Below the pieces are notes generated by a model, which was not told where the DNA came from, ran no database searches, and was given only the letters and a program-made list of their open reading frames with translations. Positions 19,486 to 29,564 of a stretch of DNA of 55,061 nucleotides are shown here, in pieces (position 1 is the first letter of the stretch; every line of letters begins with the position of its first letter). Position numbers and translations under genes: made by a program. The stretch spans positions 1 through 55,061 of the forward strand of contig JASFEF010000004.1 of NCBI GenBank assembly GCA_050124975.1. The letters are read 5' to 3'. This DNA is from Candidatus Thorarchaeota archaeon (lineage in GTDB: Archaea > Asgardarchaeota > Thorarchaeia > Thorarchaeales > Thorarchaeaceae).

Positions 19486-20646
19486 ATGAGCAATAGAGTA
19501 GCTATTATCGGAGTTGGGATGTGCAAGTTTGGTGAACTGTGGGACAGGAATCTTAGAGATATCTCTCTTGAGGCAGGAATGTATACTATCTTTGATTCTG
19601 GTGTCAGGGGAGCGGACATTGATGGATTAGTTATCGGAAACATGAGTGCAGGTAGGTTCACAGGACAAGAACACCTTGGTGCACAGGCAGTGGATATGGG
19701 CGGACTTGGTGACATGCCTGCGTATAGTGTCGAGGCCGCATGTGCAAGTGGTGGAGCAGCAGTAAGACAGGCATACATGGCTATCAAGTCAGGAGAGCAC
19801 GACATGATGCTAGTGATTGGTGCAGAGAAAATGAGTGATGTGAATCAAACAGAGGCGATGAACACAATCTCTGTTGCTGCAGACTGGGAATGGGAAGGAA
19901 TGTTTGGAGCAACATTTCCAGCACTCTATGGATTCATGGCCCGACGGCACATGCACGAGTTCGGGACAACTGAAGAACAACTAGCTATGCCCACAGTGAA
20001 GAATCACGCAAATGCTGCGAACAACGAATGGGCTCAGTTCCAGAGACCAGTTCCTATAGGAGTTGTAATGGGTTCAGGTTTGCTTGCAGATCCTCTGAGA
20101 GTGCTTCACTCTGCACCAGTAACTGATGGTGCAGCAGCCTTGGTGATGTGTAGAGAGGACCTCGCATCGAAATATTCTGATACACCAGTCTTTATTGAAT
20201 CGTCAGAGCAATCTGGGGACACATTGGCGCTACATGATAGACCATCAATCACAACAATGAATGCTGTGGTAAAATCAACAAGATCTGCACTCAAAGAGGC
20301 AGGACTTGAACTCAAGGACATTGACGTTCTTGAACTTCACGACAGTTTCTCAATCGGAGAGATAATCCTGACAGAAGATGTCGGTATTGCTAAGAAGGGA
20401 GAGGGCGGAAAGGCTGTTGAAGAGGGTATCACTGAGATTGGAGGAAAATTCCCTGTCAACACCTCGGGGGGACTCAAAGCAAGAGGACATCCAATTGGTG
20501 CAACAGGTGTAGCACAGATTGTTGAGCTAGCCCTGCAGCTCCGTGGTGATGCTGATAAGCGTCAAGTCGATGGTGCGGAGAAAGGACTTGCAGTTAATAT
20601 AGGAGGAACAGGTGCAACATCTATTGTGCACATTCTAGGGAGATGA
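19486..20646 (+). CDS. Acetoacetyl-CoA thiolase (archaeal type)
   Basis: EAACASGG, DGAAA, ELHDSF, NTSGGLKARGHPIGATG; lies between HMGCS and DUF35. Confidence 0.93.
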   Translation: MSNRVAIIGVGMCKFGELWDRNLRDISLEAGMYTIFDSGVRGADIDGLVIGNMSAGRFTGQEHLGAQAVDMGGLGDMPAYSVEAACASGGAAVRQAYMAIKSGEHDMMLVIGAEKMSDVNQTEAMNTISVAADWEWEGMFGATFPALYGFMARRHMHEFGTTEEQLAMPTVKNHANAANNEWAQFQRPVPIGVVMGSGLLADPLRVLHSAPVTDGAAALVMCREDLASKYSDTPVFIESSEQSGDTLALHDRPSITTMNAVVKSTRSALKEAGLELKDIDVLELHDSFSIGEIILTEDVGIAKKGEGGKAVEEGITEIGGKFPVNTSGGLKARGHPIGATGVAQIVELALQLRGDADKRQVDGAEKGLAVNIGGTGATSIVHILGR

Positions 20647-20652
20647 TCAAAG

Positions 20653-21078
20653 ATGGCAGAACAAGGAGTAGCACAAGTCTGGAGACGCATCAGATCCATC
20701 TACAACATTCTGGGAAACAAATGTGAAACATGTAGCTCACACTACTTCCCTCCCAGACCCGTCTGTCCAGAATGCAGAAGAAAGGGAAAGCTTGTTGACT
20801 ATCAGTTCAAGGGGCTTGGATCAATCTATTCATTTGCTATTGTTCGTCAGGCTCCTGACGATTTCAAAAGACAGATCCCATATGTGATTGCTCAGGTTGA
20901 GCTTGATGAAGGAACTAGACTCACAGCTCAGATTGTTAACGTTGATCCGGAGGATGTGAAGATAGGTATGCGGGTCCGAGCCTGTTTCCGTAAGATTAAG
21001 GAGTTCGGACAAAGTGGAGTCATTGTGTATGGTTACAAGTTTGAGCCAACAATGAAAGTAACTGGTCATGAGGATTAG
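20653..21078 (+). CDS. DUF35 Zn-ribbon/OB-fold scaffold of the thiolase-HMGCS complex
   Basis: CETC...FPPRPVCPEC, YGYKF; canonical triad position. Confidence 0.92.
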   Translation: MAEQGVAQVWRRIRSIYNILGNKCETCSSHYFPPRPVCPECRRKGKLVDYQFKGLGSIYSFAIVRQAPDDFKRQIPYVIAQVELDEGTRLTAQIVNVDPEDVKIGMRVRACFRKIKEFGQSGVIVYGYKFEPTMKVTGHED

Positions 21079-21173
21079 ACTCTGAGATTAACCTAAGGAG
21101 CTCTGGTAGCTCTAAAGGTGAGTGGGATTGATTTAACTGTAAAGAATGATAGTCAGTGGAAGGTAGAACACAC

Positions 21174-22451
21174 ATGACTTTTGAAACAGCCTTTACGATG
21201 GATAGCTCCAGTATCAAATATGGTCCGGGTGCTACCAAAGAAGTAGGCTATGATATGAAAAAACTTGGCGCAAGCCGAATATTGGTTGTTACCGACCCAA
21301 ACATCGCTGAAAGTGAACCAGTAGAAGTTACCCTTGAAGCTTTAAGAGATGAGGGTTTAGAGGCAGTATTGTTTGATGGAGTTCGAGTTGAACCTACTGA
21401 TGGGTCCCTAAAAGAGGCAATTAGATTCGCAGTAAAAGGAAACTTCGATGGATTTCTTGGAGTTGGTGGTGGATCGAGTATGGATACCGCCAAAGTTGCG
21501 AATCTGTATTCTACTCATCCAGCTGATTTTCTTGATTACGTTAATCGACCAATTGGTAAAGGAAAACCCATTCCTGGACCATTAAAACCCATGATTGCTA
21601 TTCCAACCACAGCAGGGACAGGAAGCGAAACAACAGGAGTAGCTATTTTTGATTTAGAGAAAATGCATGCAAAAACAGGAATTGCACATCGAGCATTACG
21701 GCCAAACATGGGAATTATAGATCCGAATAACACCAGAACAGTACCCAAGATCATCACTGCGTCTTGCGGGTTTGACGTTCTTTGTCATGCGTTGGAATCA
21801 ATAACAGCACTTCCCTACAATAATCGCCCCACTCCAGAAAGCCCTGATCTAAGACCAGCGTATCAAGGTGCTAACCCGATCAGTCACTTATGGGCCTCTA
21901 AAGCAATAGAGATGGTTTCTAAGAACATCATACGTGTAGTTCAAAACTCTGATGACGATGAGGCTCGATCAAATATGATTCTAGCATCAACATATGCAGG
22001 TATAGGATTTGGAAATGCTGGTGTACATCTGGCTCATGGAATGTCGTATCCTGTATCTGGAATGGTCAAAGAATATGTTCCTGAAGGAATTAAATCAGAA
22101 CACCCAATAATTCCCCATGGAATGAGTGTCGTTCTCGTTTCTCCCGCTGTATTCCGTTTTACATCAGAGATTAATCCTGAATTACATCTGTATGCTGCCG
22201 AATTGATGGGTGTATATACGTCTGGAGCAGATCCGAAAGATGCCGGTGAAATTCTCGCGGGTAAAATCATTGAGTTAATGAAAGCTACTGGAATACCCAA
22301 TGGTCTTACTGCTGTTGGATTTGGTAAAAGTGATGTTGAAAATCTAGTTCAAGGTACTTTACCTCAACATCGAGTGACCAAATTATCTCCTCGACCAGCT
22401 AATACTGAAGATTTGAGAGAGTTGTTTGAAGAATCGATGGTAATTTGGTAA
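21174..22451 (+). CDS. Hydroxyacid-oxoacid transhydrogenase (ADHFE1/HOT-type Fe-dependent alcohol dehydrogenase)
   Basis: GGGSSMDTAK, PTTAGTGSETT, DVLCHALES, RPAYQGANP, GNAGVHLAHGMSYP, PHG, LPQHRVTKLSP. Start ATG 21174 (track uses GTG 21156). Confidence 0.88.
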   Translation: MTFETAFTMDSSSIKYGPGATKEVGYDMKKLGASRILVVTDPNIAESEPVEVTLEALRDEGLEAVLFDGVRVEPTDGSLKEAIRFAVKGNFDGFLGVGGGSSMDTAKVANLYSTHPADFLDYVNRPIGKGKPIPGPLKPMIAIPTTAGTGSETTGVAIFDLEKMHAKTGIAHRALRPNMGIIDPNNTRTVPKIITASCGFDVLCHALESITALPYNNRPTPESPDLRPAYQGANPISHLWASKAIEMVSKNIIRVVQNSDDDEARSNMILASTYAGIGFGNAGVHLAHGMSYPVSGMVKEYVPEGIKSEHPIIPHGMSVVLVSPAVFRFTSEINPELHLYAAELMGVYTSGADPKDAGEILAGKIIELMKATGIPNGLTAVGFGKSDVENLVQGTLPQHRVTKLSPRPANTEDLRELFEESMVIW

Positions 22452-22462
22452 CAGACCTAATC

Positions 22463-23122
22463 CTAGACATTCAACTCTGTGATTGACCCAGTTGCAGGTA
22501 GGGCTACGTTCCTTATGACCGTAGGCCCTATCTTCACTTCGTTTTTGATTGAGTCGTGTATATGTCCATGAATGATATGACTTGGCGGATTCTTCTCAAT
22601 TGCTTTTGATATCCACCAAGAGAACTCTGTTGAGTATACCTCCTTTAGTGGACTGAAGTGCATCAAGAGAACCACATAATCTGCATATTGCGAGGATGAC
22701 TGTAGAAGACCTGAAAGACGGTGTGAGCGAGCTTCAAACTTTGTACGCATCTCATTGACTGAATTTGACTGAGGATTTGCTGCAGACATTCCAATAATAG
22801 AAATCCGAACTCCAGAAATGTTGATTGTCCATCCTTTCTCATCGAGGATTGTAATCCTGTCCTTTGTAGATAGCCGGATTTCGTCATGGCAATCCTGTGG
22901 TTCCTCGTTCCCAAAGCATGCTACAACTGGAAAGCCTGAACCCAGTTGTGATTCAACAGCGTCTAGGACTTTGGGGTATTCATTAGCCTTGCCTCGATTG
23001 ATCATGTCCCCTGCAAACAGGAAGAGATCAGGCGTTTCACACCTCGTAAGTGCAGCTCTGAACTCATTCAGAAACCTTGGGCTATGAACATCTGCAACAG
23101 CAGCTACCTTAATGGGATTCAT
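22463..23122 (-). CDS. Calcineurin-like metallophosphoesterase (copy 2)
   Basis: ADVHSP, AGDMINRG, GNEE, MHFSP, HGHIH. Likely start ATG 23122 (MNPIKV). Confidence 0.85.
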   Translation of the reverse strand: MNPIKVAAVADVHSPRFLNEFRAALTRCETPDLFLFAGDMINRGKANEYPKVLDAVESQLGSGFPVVACFGNEEPQDCHDEIRLSTKDRITILDEKGWTINISGVRISIIGMSAANPQSNSVNEMRTKFEARSHRLSGLLQSSSQYADYVVLLMHFSPLKEVYSTEFSWWISKAIEKNPPSHIIHGHIHDSIKNEVKIGPTVIRNVALPATGSITELNV

Positions 23123-23132
23123 TGTCAGACCT

Positions 23133-23849
23133 TCAGCCCATTTCTCTGTCCCAGACATTCAACTCTGTGATTGATCCAACGGCTGGAAAGGAAACGTTCC
23201 TAACGATTGCGGTTCCTATAGCCACTTCATGTCTGGTTGAATTATGAACATGGCCGTGGATGACTAGGTCTGGTTGATGTTCAACAACCACTCTGTAGAA
23301 CTTCCTACTTCCTAACCAAGAGAACGCCTTGGTGTCCTCACCCTCACAGGTTTCTAGACAAGGGCTATAGTGCATCAGGAGAATCCTATGGTCCACCTTG
23401 TCCTTCATTTTCTTCAGGAGGGAAGCAGCTCTCTTTGCCCTTCTCTTAAACACTCCTTTCACACTAGGGATATTTCTTCGTTGCCAGCTTGTTGCTTTAT
23501 CGAGAGACCCCTGTGTTCCTACAATGCCAACCTTCAAGCTGTTGGTCTCCAAAATCGTTGATTTCTCATCAAGGAAAATCATCCGGTCTCCGACAATAGA
23601 AATGATTTCTTTCCGAACCTCACTGTATTCTTCATTACCAAAACAACCAATGACTGGAAAATCAGCACCTAACACCTTTTCAATAGTGTCTAGTACATTC
23701 GTGTACTCCTCTGCGTTTCCGCGATTTATCATATCCCCTGCAAGCAAGAACACATCTGGTTGCTCGTGTTGAGCAAGAGATTCTGCAAACTCGTCGAGGT
23801 ACCTTGGGCTATGAACATCTGCGACTGCTAGTATTCTCACCATTGCCAC
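23133..23849 (-). CDS. Calcineurin-like metallophosphoesterase (copy 1)
   Basis: ADVHSP, AGDMINRG, GNEE, MHYSP, HGHVH. Confidence 0.87.
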   Translation of the reverse strand: MAMVRILAVADVHSPRYLDEFAESLAQHEQPDVFLLAGDMINRGNAEEYTNVLDTIEKVLGADFPVIGCFGNEEYSEVRKEIISIVGDRMIFLDEKSTILETNSLKVGIVGTQGSLDKATSWQRRNIPSVKGVFKRRAKRAASLLKKMKDKVDHRILLMHYSPCLETCEGEDTKAFSWLGSRKFYRVVVEHQPDLVIHGHVHNSTRHEVAIGTAIVRNVSFPAVGSITELNVWDREMG

Positions 23850-23926
23850 TTATCAGTATGATATGATTTAGTGGTTAAACGAGGATATTAAATGTTCCAA
23901 ATGGTTGAAGGATTGGTGTGAAATAG

Positions 23927-24919
23927 ATGCCTGGTACCTGGGGTCTCAACTTGTTCGACCGGTTTCATATCGGCCATCAAGTCATGGTTGACAGACTTTC
24001 AGAGATGCCAGATCCTGTCGCTTGCGTAACTGGAGGGGAACTAGTCGGTTCAGGGCTTGAACTAGAAACACTCATCCAACCAATTGAGCTTCGTGAAAAG
24101 AACCTGAGAAGATACATTCAGAGTGTAAGACTTGATGATGTGGTTTCAGTGCAATCAGTCAGCAAGGTTGATGATCTGCTGTCAATCAAGGGAGATACTA
24201 CCTTTGTGATGTATGAAGGGCCCTGTTGTACTGAGATTGAATCAGGTGCATTGAACATTCGAAAAGAGAAAATGGCAGTCAATGACAAAATAGAGTACCT
24301 GAAACCTGTGCGTGCACACGATGGTGGAAAGCTGGCTTCAGCTAGAATTAGGCTAGGAGAAATTGATAGGGAGGGGCGCCGCTTACGTGGTACCGAAGAA
24401 CCTCCGCGCGAACTCCAACTCGAGGGGAGGGCGGGTTTGAAGACTCCAAAAGGGGAGGTGTTTGCTGAGAAGGATGGTCCTCCTGAGAAGCGTGTTGTAA
24501 GTAAGATTCGAGAGGAATTACCAGATTGTGTTATCGCGGTTGGAGATGTCACAACAAGCACATTACTGAAGGAGGGATACACGCCCAGAGTAATGATTGT
24601 GGATGGAATAACCAAGAGAGGTCCTTTCGAGGAACAATTTACCGCAGAACGAGTCTACACTATATTCAATCCGCAAGCTGTTATCTACCCTGAAGCATGG
24701 TCAGTCATTGACACTGCTATTCAAGATGATGAAAACTCCCTGATTTTGGTGGAGGGTGAAGAAGACCTGATGGGATTTCCAGCTGTTCTTCTTGCACCTG
24801 ATAATTCAGTCGTTCTCTATGGTCAGCCCGATGTTGGAATCGTCTGGATTCCAGTGAATGATGAGAATAGAAAGATTGCTAGGGGCCTACTTGAAGAGAT
24901 GCAAATTATTAATTCGTAG
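23927..24919 (+). CDS. Fusion of phosphopantetheine adenylyltransferase-like and DUF359 GTP-dependent dephospho-CoA kinase domains
   Basis: N-terminal FDRFHIGH (HIGH) and DGGKLASARIRLGEIDREG; C-terminal LKTPKG, AVGDVTT, VDG.TKR, NP, VEGEEDL, VLYGQP. Confidence 0.85.
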   Translation: MPGTWGLNLFDRFHIGHQVMVDRLSEMPDPVACVTGGELVGSGLELETLIQPIELREKNLRRYIQSVRLDDVVSVQSVSKVDDLLSIKGDTTFVMYEGPCCTEIESGALNIRKEKMAVNDKIEYLKPVRAHDGGKLASARIRLGEIDREGRRLRGTEEPPRELQLEGRAGLKTPKGEVFAEKDGPPEKRVVSKIREELPDCVIAVGDVTTSTLLKEGYTPRVMIVDGITKRGPFEEQFTAERVYTIFNPQAVIYPEAWSVIDTAIQDDENSLILVEGEEDLMGFPAVLLAPDNSVVLYGQPDVGIVWIPVNDENRKIARGLLEEMQIINS

Positions 24920-24933
24920 GATAGGTTGTCCTA

Positions 24934-26448
24934 TTAGAGATCAAACGCTTTGTGTATATTTTCAATGCAGTCAGTTGCTACAATATGATTGCCTCGTTCA
25001 TCGAAAGCAATTTCTCCAGCCATTCCAGAAACGAAGGCTGCTGCATTCGCAGCCCGAAACGCTGGCAGGTCAGTCGCTAGCAGTGCAGCTACAATTCCAG
25101 TCAAGACATCACCAGTCCCCCCGACAGTCATCGCAGGAACTCCAGTCCTATTCAATTTGAATTGTCCAGTAGGAGTGGCTATAACATCAACTGGGCCCTT
25201 TAGCAGTACGACCGAGTTGTATTTCTTCGCACAAGCGGTTGCTTGGTCCACTCTATTAGGCAGAAGTGTATCATCACCTAGATTTTCATCCATGAGGATG
25301 GACAGCTCACCCCAGTGAGGAGTCAATACTGTCAAATCAGGATTAAGTTTGAGCTCAGATGAGGCTAGAGCCTTGAGACCATCAGCATCAATAACTAGTG
25401 GGCTTTTCATTTTTACGAGATTCTCAACAATAGCGGTCACTGCCAACTTAGTCTGTTGCTCAAGCCCCAGACCAGGACCCAAAGCAACGACGTTGTTGTT
25501 TGTTGCATATTCAATGACTGTTTCTACTGTTTCTTGAAGCAAAACCTGAGTCCCAAGGCTAGTCACCATCAAGTTGGGACTGTACGATCTTATGGCTGAA
25601 ACAACAGGTTCTGGAGCTAACACACTCACAAGGTCGGCTCCTGTCCTTAAGGCTGCCATCCCTGCAAGGGCGGGTGCTCCTGAATAGACATCACTCCCTC
25701 CAACCACGAGGATACGACCATAGTCCCCTTTCTTTGAATGGAGGTCACGTAGCTGTTTGAAGGGTTTCAGGTCACCAGGTCCGCAGGTATGCTTTGCCTC
25801 TTTTGGAATTCCAATCGAAACAATGTGGAGTTTCCCAACGAATTCCTTTGCTTTTTTCATTCCAATTTTTGGAGCGTGAAGTGCTATGGTATGGTCGGCT
25901 TTTACTGCAGCTCCATGGACTTTGCCAGTTTCCGAGTCGATACCGCTTGGGACATCGATAGCATATTTCACAGCACTGGATTTGTTGAACATCTTTACAG
26001 CTGTGAGTAAAGGCTCTCTGAGTTTGGAGCGAAGTCCAAATCCCATTATCCCATCGACTAGAATGTCAGCATCTTTGAGGGCTCTGCAGGATTTCACAGC
26101 TGATTCAGTAACAATTTCTGCACTCAAGATGTCATGAAGGTTGCGAAGAATCTCCCAGTTATGGATCGCATCTTTATTCCTGATTAGCGCTTCATCACCA
26201 AGGAGGTAGACATCAACTTCAGCTCCCTCTTCGTCAAGATATCTTGCTGCGACAAAACCATCCCCTCCATTCCCGCCCAGACCACATATAATCGCTATGT
26301 GTTTTCCAGCAACCTTGGAGGTTTTTGTGATAACTCGAGCAACCTCTCTCCCTGCATTCTGCATTAGCATACTATGAGTGACACCGAGATATTCTGCATT
26401 CAACTCAAGGATTCGCATATCTTCAGTGGTAATGGGTTCTTTTTCCAT
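24934..26448 (-). CDS. nnr: Bifunctional NAD(P)H-hydrate epimerase/dehydratase
   Basis: LMQNAG, G.GGNGGDG, DVPSG, KGDYGR, GPGLG, IDADGL, TPHWGE, GGTGDVL. Confidence 0.95.
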   Translation of the reverse strand: MEKEPITTEDMRILELNAEYLGVTHSMLMQNAGREVARVITKTSKVAGKHIAIICGLGGNGGDGFVAARYLDEEGAEVDVYLLGDEALIRNKDAIHNWEILRNLHDILSAEIVTESAVKSCRALKDADILVDGIMGFGLRSKLREPLLTAVKMFNKSSAVKYAIDVPSGIDSETGKVHGAAVKADHTIALHAPKIGMKKAKEFVGKLHIVSIGIPKEAKHTCGPGDLKPFKQLRDLHSKKGDYGRILVVGGSDVYSGAPALAGMAALRTGADLVSVLAPEPVVSAIRSYSPNLMVTSLGTQVLLQETVETVIEYATNNNVVALGPGLGLEQQTKLAVTAIVENLVKMKSPLVIDADGLKALASSELKLNPDLTVLTPHWGELSILMDENLGDDTLLPNRVDQATACAKKYNSVVLLKGPVDVIATPTGQFKLNRTGVPAMTVGGTGDVLTGIVAALLATDLPAFRAANAAAFVSGMAGEIAFDERGNHIVATDCIENIHKAFDL

Positions 26449-26542
26449 TGCTTCGTTCCCTCCAGAGGAGAGTGGATTTGAAATGCGTGCGCCCCTATAT
26501 CAATTCATTTCTTAGGGGGAGTAGCAAGATTCATTGTGAGGT

Positions 26543-27229
26543 ATGGTATCCTTAGCGATGATGAATCGTTATTATACAGACACTCTCGCTGCAAGAAATT
26601 TGGAACGGTGTTATGAAATCGCTCCGAAACGCATTCGTCAATATCTTGAAGCTGAGGTTGATTTCGTTAAAAGAATCCTAAGACCGTCAGACAAAGTGGT
26701 TGAATTGGGATGTGGGTATGGTCGTGTCTTGAAGGAGTTTCAGGAAGTCACTCCCACTATTGTAGGTCTAGATACCTCCTATGGAAGTCTTCTCTATGGA
26801 AAACCAAATTTGGGGGAGTCGTCAGAAGCTCAGCTCGCACAGATGGACGCTGGAATGACAGCACTAAAGGATGATTCGTTTGATGTCGTTATCTGTATCC
26901 AGAATGGAATATCTGCATTCAAAGTGGATCCGGTAGTTTTGGTTAGAGAGAGTCTGAGAATCGCAGTTCCTGGAGGCAAATGTCTGTTTTCAACCTACTC
27001 TGAGAAGATATGGGAAGATAGATTGAACTGGTTTGAACTCCAAGCTCAAGAGAATCTCTTGGGAGATATTGACAGAGATAAAACAAAGAGAGGGACTATT
27101 GTATGCAAGGATGGTTTTATAGCAACCACCTTCTCAAAGGAAGATTTTCGTAAGATTGCTCGTAAGTTGGGAGTTTCTTGTGAGATAAAAGAAGTTGATT
27201 CCTCTAGCCTATTCGGAATTTTCTCCTAG
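26543..27229 (+). CDS. Class I SAM-dependent methyltransferase
   Basis: VVELGCGYG motif I, GLD, FDVVIC, PGG. Confidence 0.85.
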   Translation: MVSLAMMNRYYTDTLAARNLERCYEIAPKRIRQYLEAEVDFVKRILRPSDKVVELGCGYGRVLKEFQEVTPTIVGLDTSYGSLLYGKPNLGESSEAQLAQMDAGMTALKDDSFDVVICIQNGISAFKVDPVVLVRESLRIAVPGGKCLFSTYSEKIWEDRLNWFELQAQENLLGDIDRDKTKRGTIVCKDGFIATTFSKEDFRKIARKLGVSCEIKEVDSSSLFGIFS

Positions 27230-27282
27230 ATTTTTGCAACCTTTCACAATGCTTTTATGACGCCTATTGGCGAGGCGAGTTC

Positions 27283-27726
27283 ATGCTCGAACCTTCCTCT
27301 GCAGAGTTACTACAACATCAAGTGATTCCAATGCTTCAGGAGATTCAGGAGCAATTTGGATACATTCCTTGTGAGGCTGTTAACTGGCTTGCTGAGAAGC
27401 TCAAGATCAGTAAACAAGAGATCTATGGAGTAGCAACCTTCTACAATCACTTCAGACTCAATCCACCTGGTAAACATGAAATCAAAGTGTGTCTTGGAAC
27501 AGCATGTCATGTTGGTGGTGGAGAGAAGCTTCTCGATACTATTGCGGAAAAGCTTAGTATCAATCCTGGTGAAACAACGCTTGATGGGAAATTCAGTCTA
27601 GAAAGAGTTGCGTGTGTTGGAGCCTGTGCTTTATCTCCCGCAGTCGTTCTTGATGGTGAGGTTCATGGCAGGATGACCCAAAGGTCACTCAAACGACTTC
27701 TGGATAAGGTCCAGAAAGAGGATTGA
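27283..27726 (+). CDS. nuoE: NuoE/HydC-like [2Fe-2S] subunit
   Basis: YGVATFY, VCLGTACH, ACVGACALSP. Confidence 0.92.
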   Translation: MLEPSSAELLQHQVIPMLQEIQEQFGYIPCEAVNWLAEKLKISKQEIYGVATFYNHFRLNPPGKHEIKVCLGTACHVGGGEKLLDTIAEKLSINPGETTLDGKFSLERVACVGACALSPAVVLDGEVHGRMTQRSLKRLLDKVQKED

Positions 27727-27731
27727 TTCTC

Positions 27732-29564
27732 ATGGCTGAACAGGACAAAATCGAAGTTCTTGTCTGTCTCGGAACTGGTTGCGAGTCAGCCAAATCAGAC
27801 GTGTTGTTTGACGCACTCGAGGAACAGGTCAAGAAACGCAAACTTGGAGAGAAGGTTGAGGTCAAAAGAATTGGGTGCCATGGTCTCTGTGAACAGGCTC
27901 CAGTCATTGCGATTGAACCAGAGGGGCTTTTCTATTGTCAGGTCAAACCTGATGACATTGAAGAAATCGTTGAATCACACTTTGTCAATGGCAAACCTGT
28001 TGAGGCGTTGTTTTACGAGACCCCCACTGGAGAGAGGATTCCGAAATACGAAGATATTCCATTCTACAGCAAACAACATAGAATAGTCTTGAAAAACTCA
28101 GGTCATATTGATCCAGCAAGCATTGATGATTACATCGCTGCTGGTGGTTACAAGGGTCTTGAACGAGCATTGAAAGAGATGACTCCTGAAGAAGTCGTTG
28201 AAGAGGTTCTTCAGTCAGGACTGAGAGGTAGAGGTGGAGCAGGCTTTCCAGCAGGTCTGAAGTGGAAGTTGGGAAGAAATGCTCCTGGTGATAAGAAATA
28301 TGCAATCTGCAATGCTGACGAAGGAGACCCAGGTGCTTTCATGGATGGCTCTATCTTAACAGCAGACCCACATTCCGTCTTGGAAGGTCTTTCAATATGT
28401 GCTTATGCAATTGGTGCAGATGAGGCATACGTATACGTGCGACATGAGTATCCATCATCTGTTGCGGCATTGAAGAAAGCACTCAAAGACTCCTACAAGA
28501 GAGGCTATCTTGGAAAGGGAATCATGGACACTGAGTATGATTTAGAGATTCACCTAATGGAGGGTGCAGGAGCTTTTGTTTGTGGAGAAGAAACCGCACT
28601 CATGGCATCAATCGAAGGCAAGAGAGGAATGCCGAGACCTCGACCTCCATTTCCAACTGAGTCGGGTCTCTGGGGAAAACCCACAGTAATCAACAATGTC
28701 AAGTCCCTAGCAAATGCTTCAATCATCCTTCGGGAAGGTTGGGAGTGGTTCAAATCAATCGGTACTGAGGGTTCATCAGGCACAGCAATCTTCTCCCTGA
28801 CTGGTAAGGTCAAAAACACAGGACTTGTCGAAGTACCAATGGGAGCTACTCTTCGTAACATCATCTTTGATGTTGGCGGAGGAGTCAAGGAAGACCGTAC
28901 ATTCAAAGCAGTCCAAACTGGGGGCCCAGCAGGTGGTTGTCTTCCTGCAGAGAAACTTGACTTACCTGTAGACTTTGACTCACTGAAAGATGCTGGAGCA
29001 ATCATGGGCTCCGGCGGTATGATAGTAATGGATGAAACGACATGCATGGTGGATGTCGCAAGATACTTTCTTTCATTCACACAGCAAGAGTCGTGTGGGA
29101 AGTGTACTCCCTGTAGGATGGGAACTCTACAGATGTTGAGAATTCTTGACAAGATTAGAGAGGGAAGGGGTGAGGAAGGAGATATTGAGAAGCTCCTCGA
29201 GCTCTGTGATACTGTTGTCAATGGGTCATTGTGTGGACTGGGTCAGAATGCGCCAAATCCGGTACTCACTACAATAGAGTACTTCAGAGATGAATATGAG
29301 GTACACATCAAAAATAAGGTCTGTCCATCCATGGTCTGTCGCGATTTAGTGAAATTCACTATTGATCCAGACAAGTGTATTGCTTGTACTGCCTGTAAGA
29401 GAATCTGTCCAACTGGTGCAGTACAAGGAGAGAGAGATGTCATTCACACAATAGACCAGGACCTCTGCATAAAATGTGGAGCCTGTTTCGAGGTCTGTCC
29501 GCCAAAGGCTGATGCAGTCTTGAAAGTGCCAGCATTTGGTAAGTCAAATGGAGGTGCTCACTGA
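27732..29564 (+). CDS. nuoF: NuoF/HydB-like FMN/NAD(H)-binding subunit with extra Fe-S domains
   Basis: N-terminal thioredoxin-like [2Fe-2S] Cys, GRGGAGF, NADEGDPGAFMD, CGEETAL, ESCGKCTPCRMG, C-terminal 2x[4Fe-4S]. Start ATG 27732. Confidence 0.93.
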   Translation: MAEQDKIEVLVCLGTGCESAKSDVLFDALEEQVKKRKLGEKVEVKRIGCHGLCEQAPVIAIEPEGLFYCQVKPDDIEEIVESHFVNGKPVEALFYETPTGERIPKYEDIPFYSKQHRIVLKNSGHIDPASIDDYIAAGGYKGLERALKEMTPEEVVEEVLQSGLRGRGGAGFPAGLKWKLGRNAPGDKKYAICNADEGDPGAFMDGSILTADPHSVLEGLSICAYAIGADEAYVYVRHEYPSSVAALKKALKDSYKRGYLGKGIMDTEYDLEIHLMEGAGAFVCGEETALMASIEGKRGMPRPRPPFPTESGLWGKPTVINNVKSLANASIILREGWEWFKSIGTEGSSGTAIFSLTGKVKNTGLVEVPMGATLRNIIFDVGGGVKEDRTFKAVQTGGPAGGCLPAEKLDLPVDFDSLKDAGAIMGSGGMIVMDETTCMVDVARYFLSFTQQESCGKCTPCRMGTLQMLRILDKIREGRGEEGDIEKLLELCDTVVNGSLCGLGQNAPNPVLTTIEYFRDEYEVHIKNKVCPSMVCRDLVKFTIDPDKCIACTACKRICPTGAVQGERDVIHTIDQDLCIKCGACFEVCPPKADAVLKVPAFGKSNGGAH

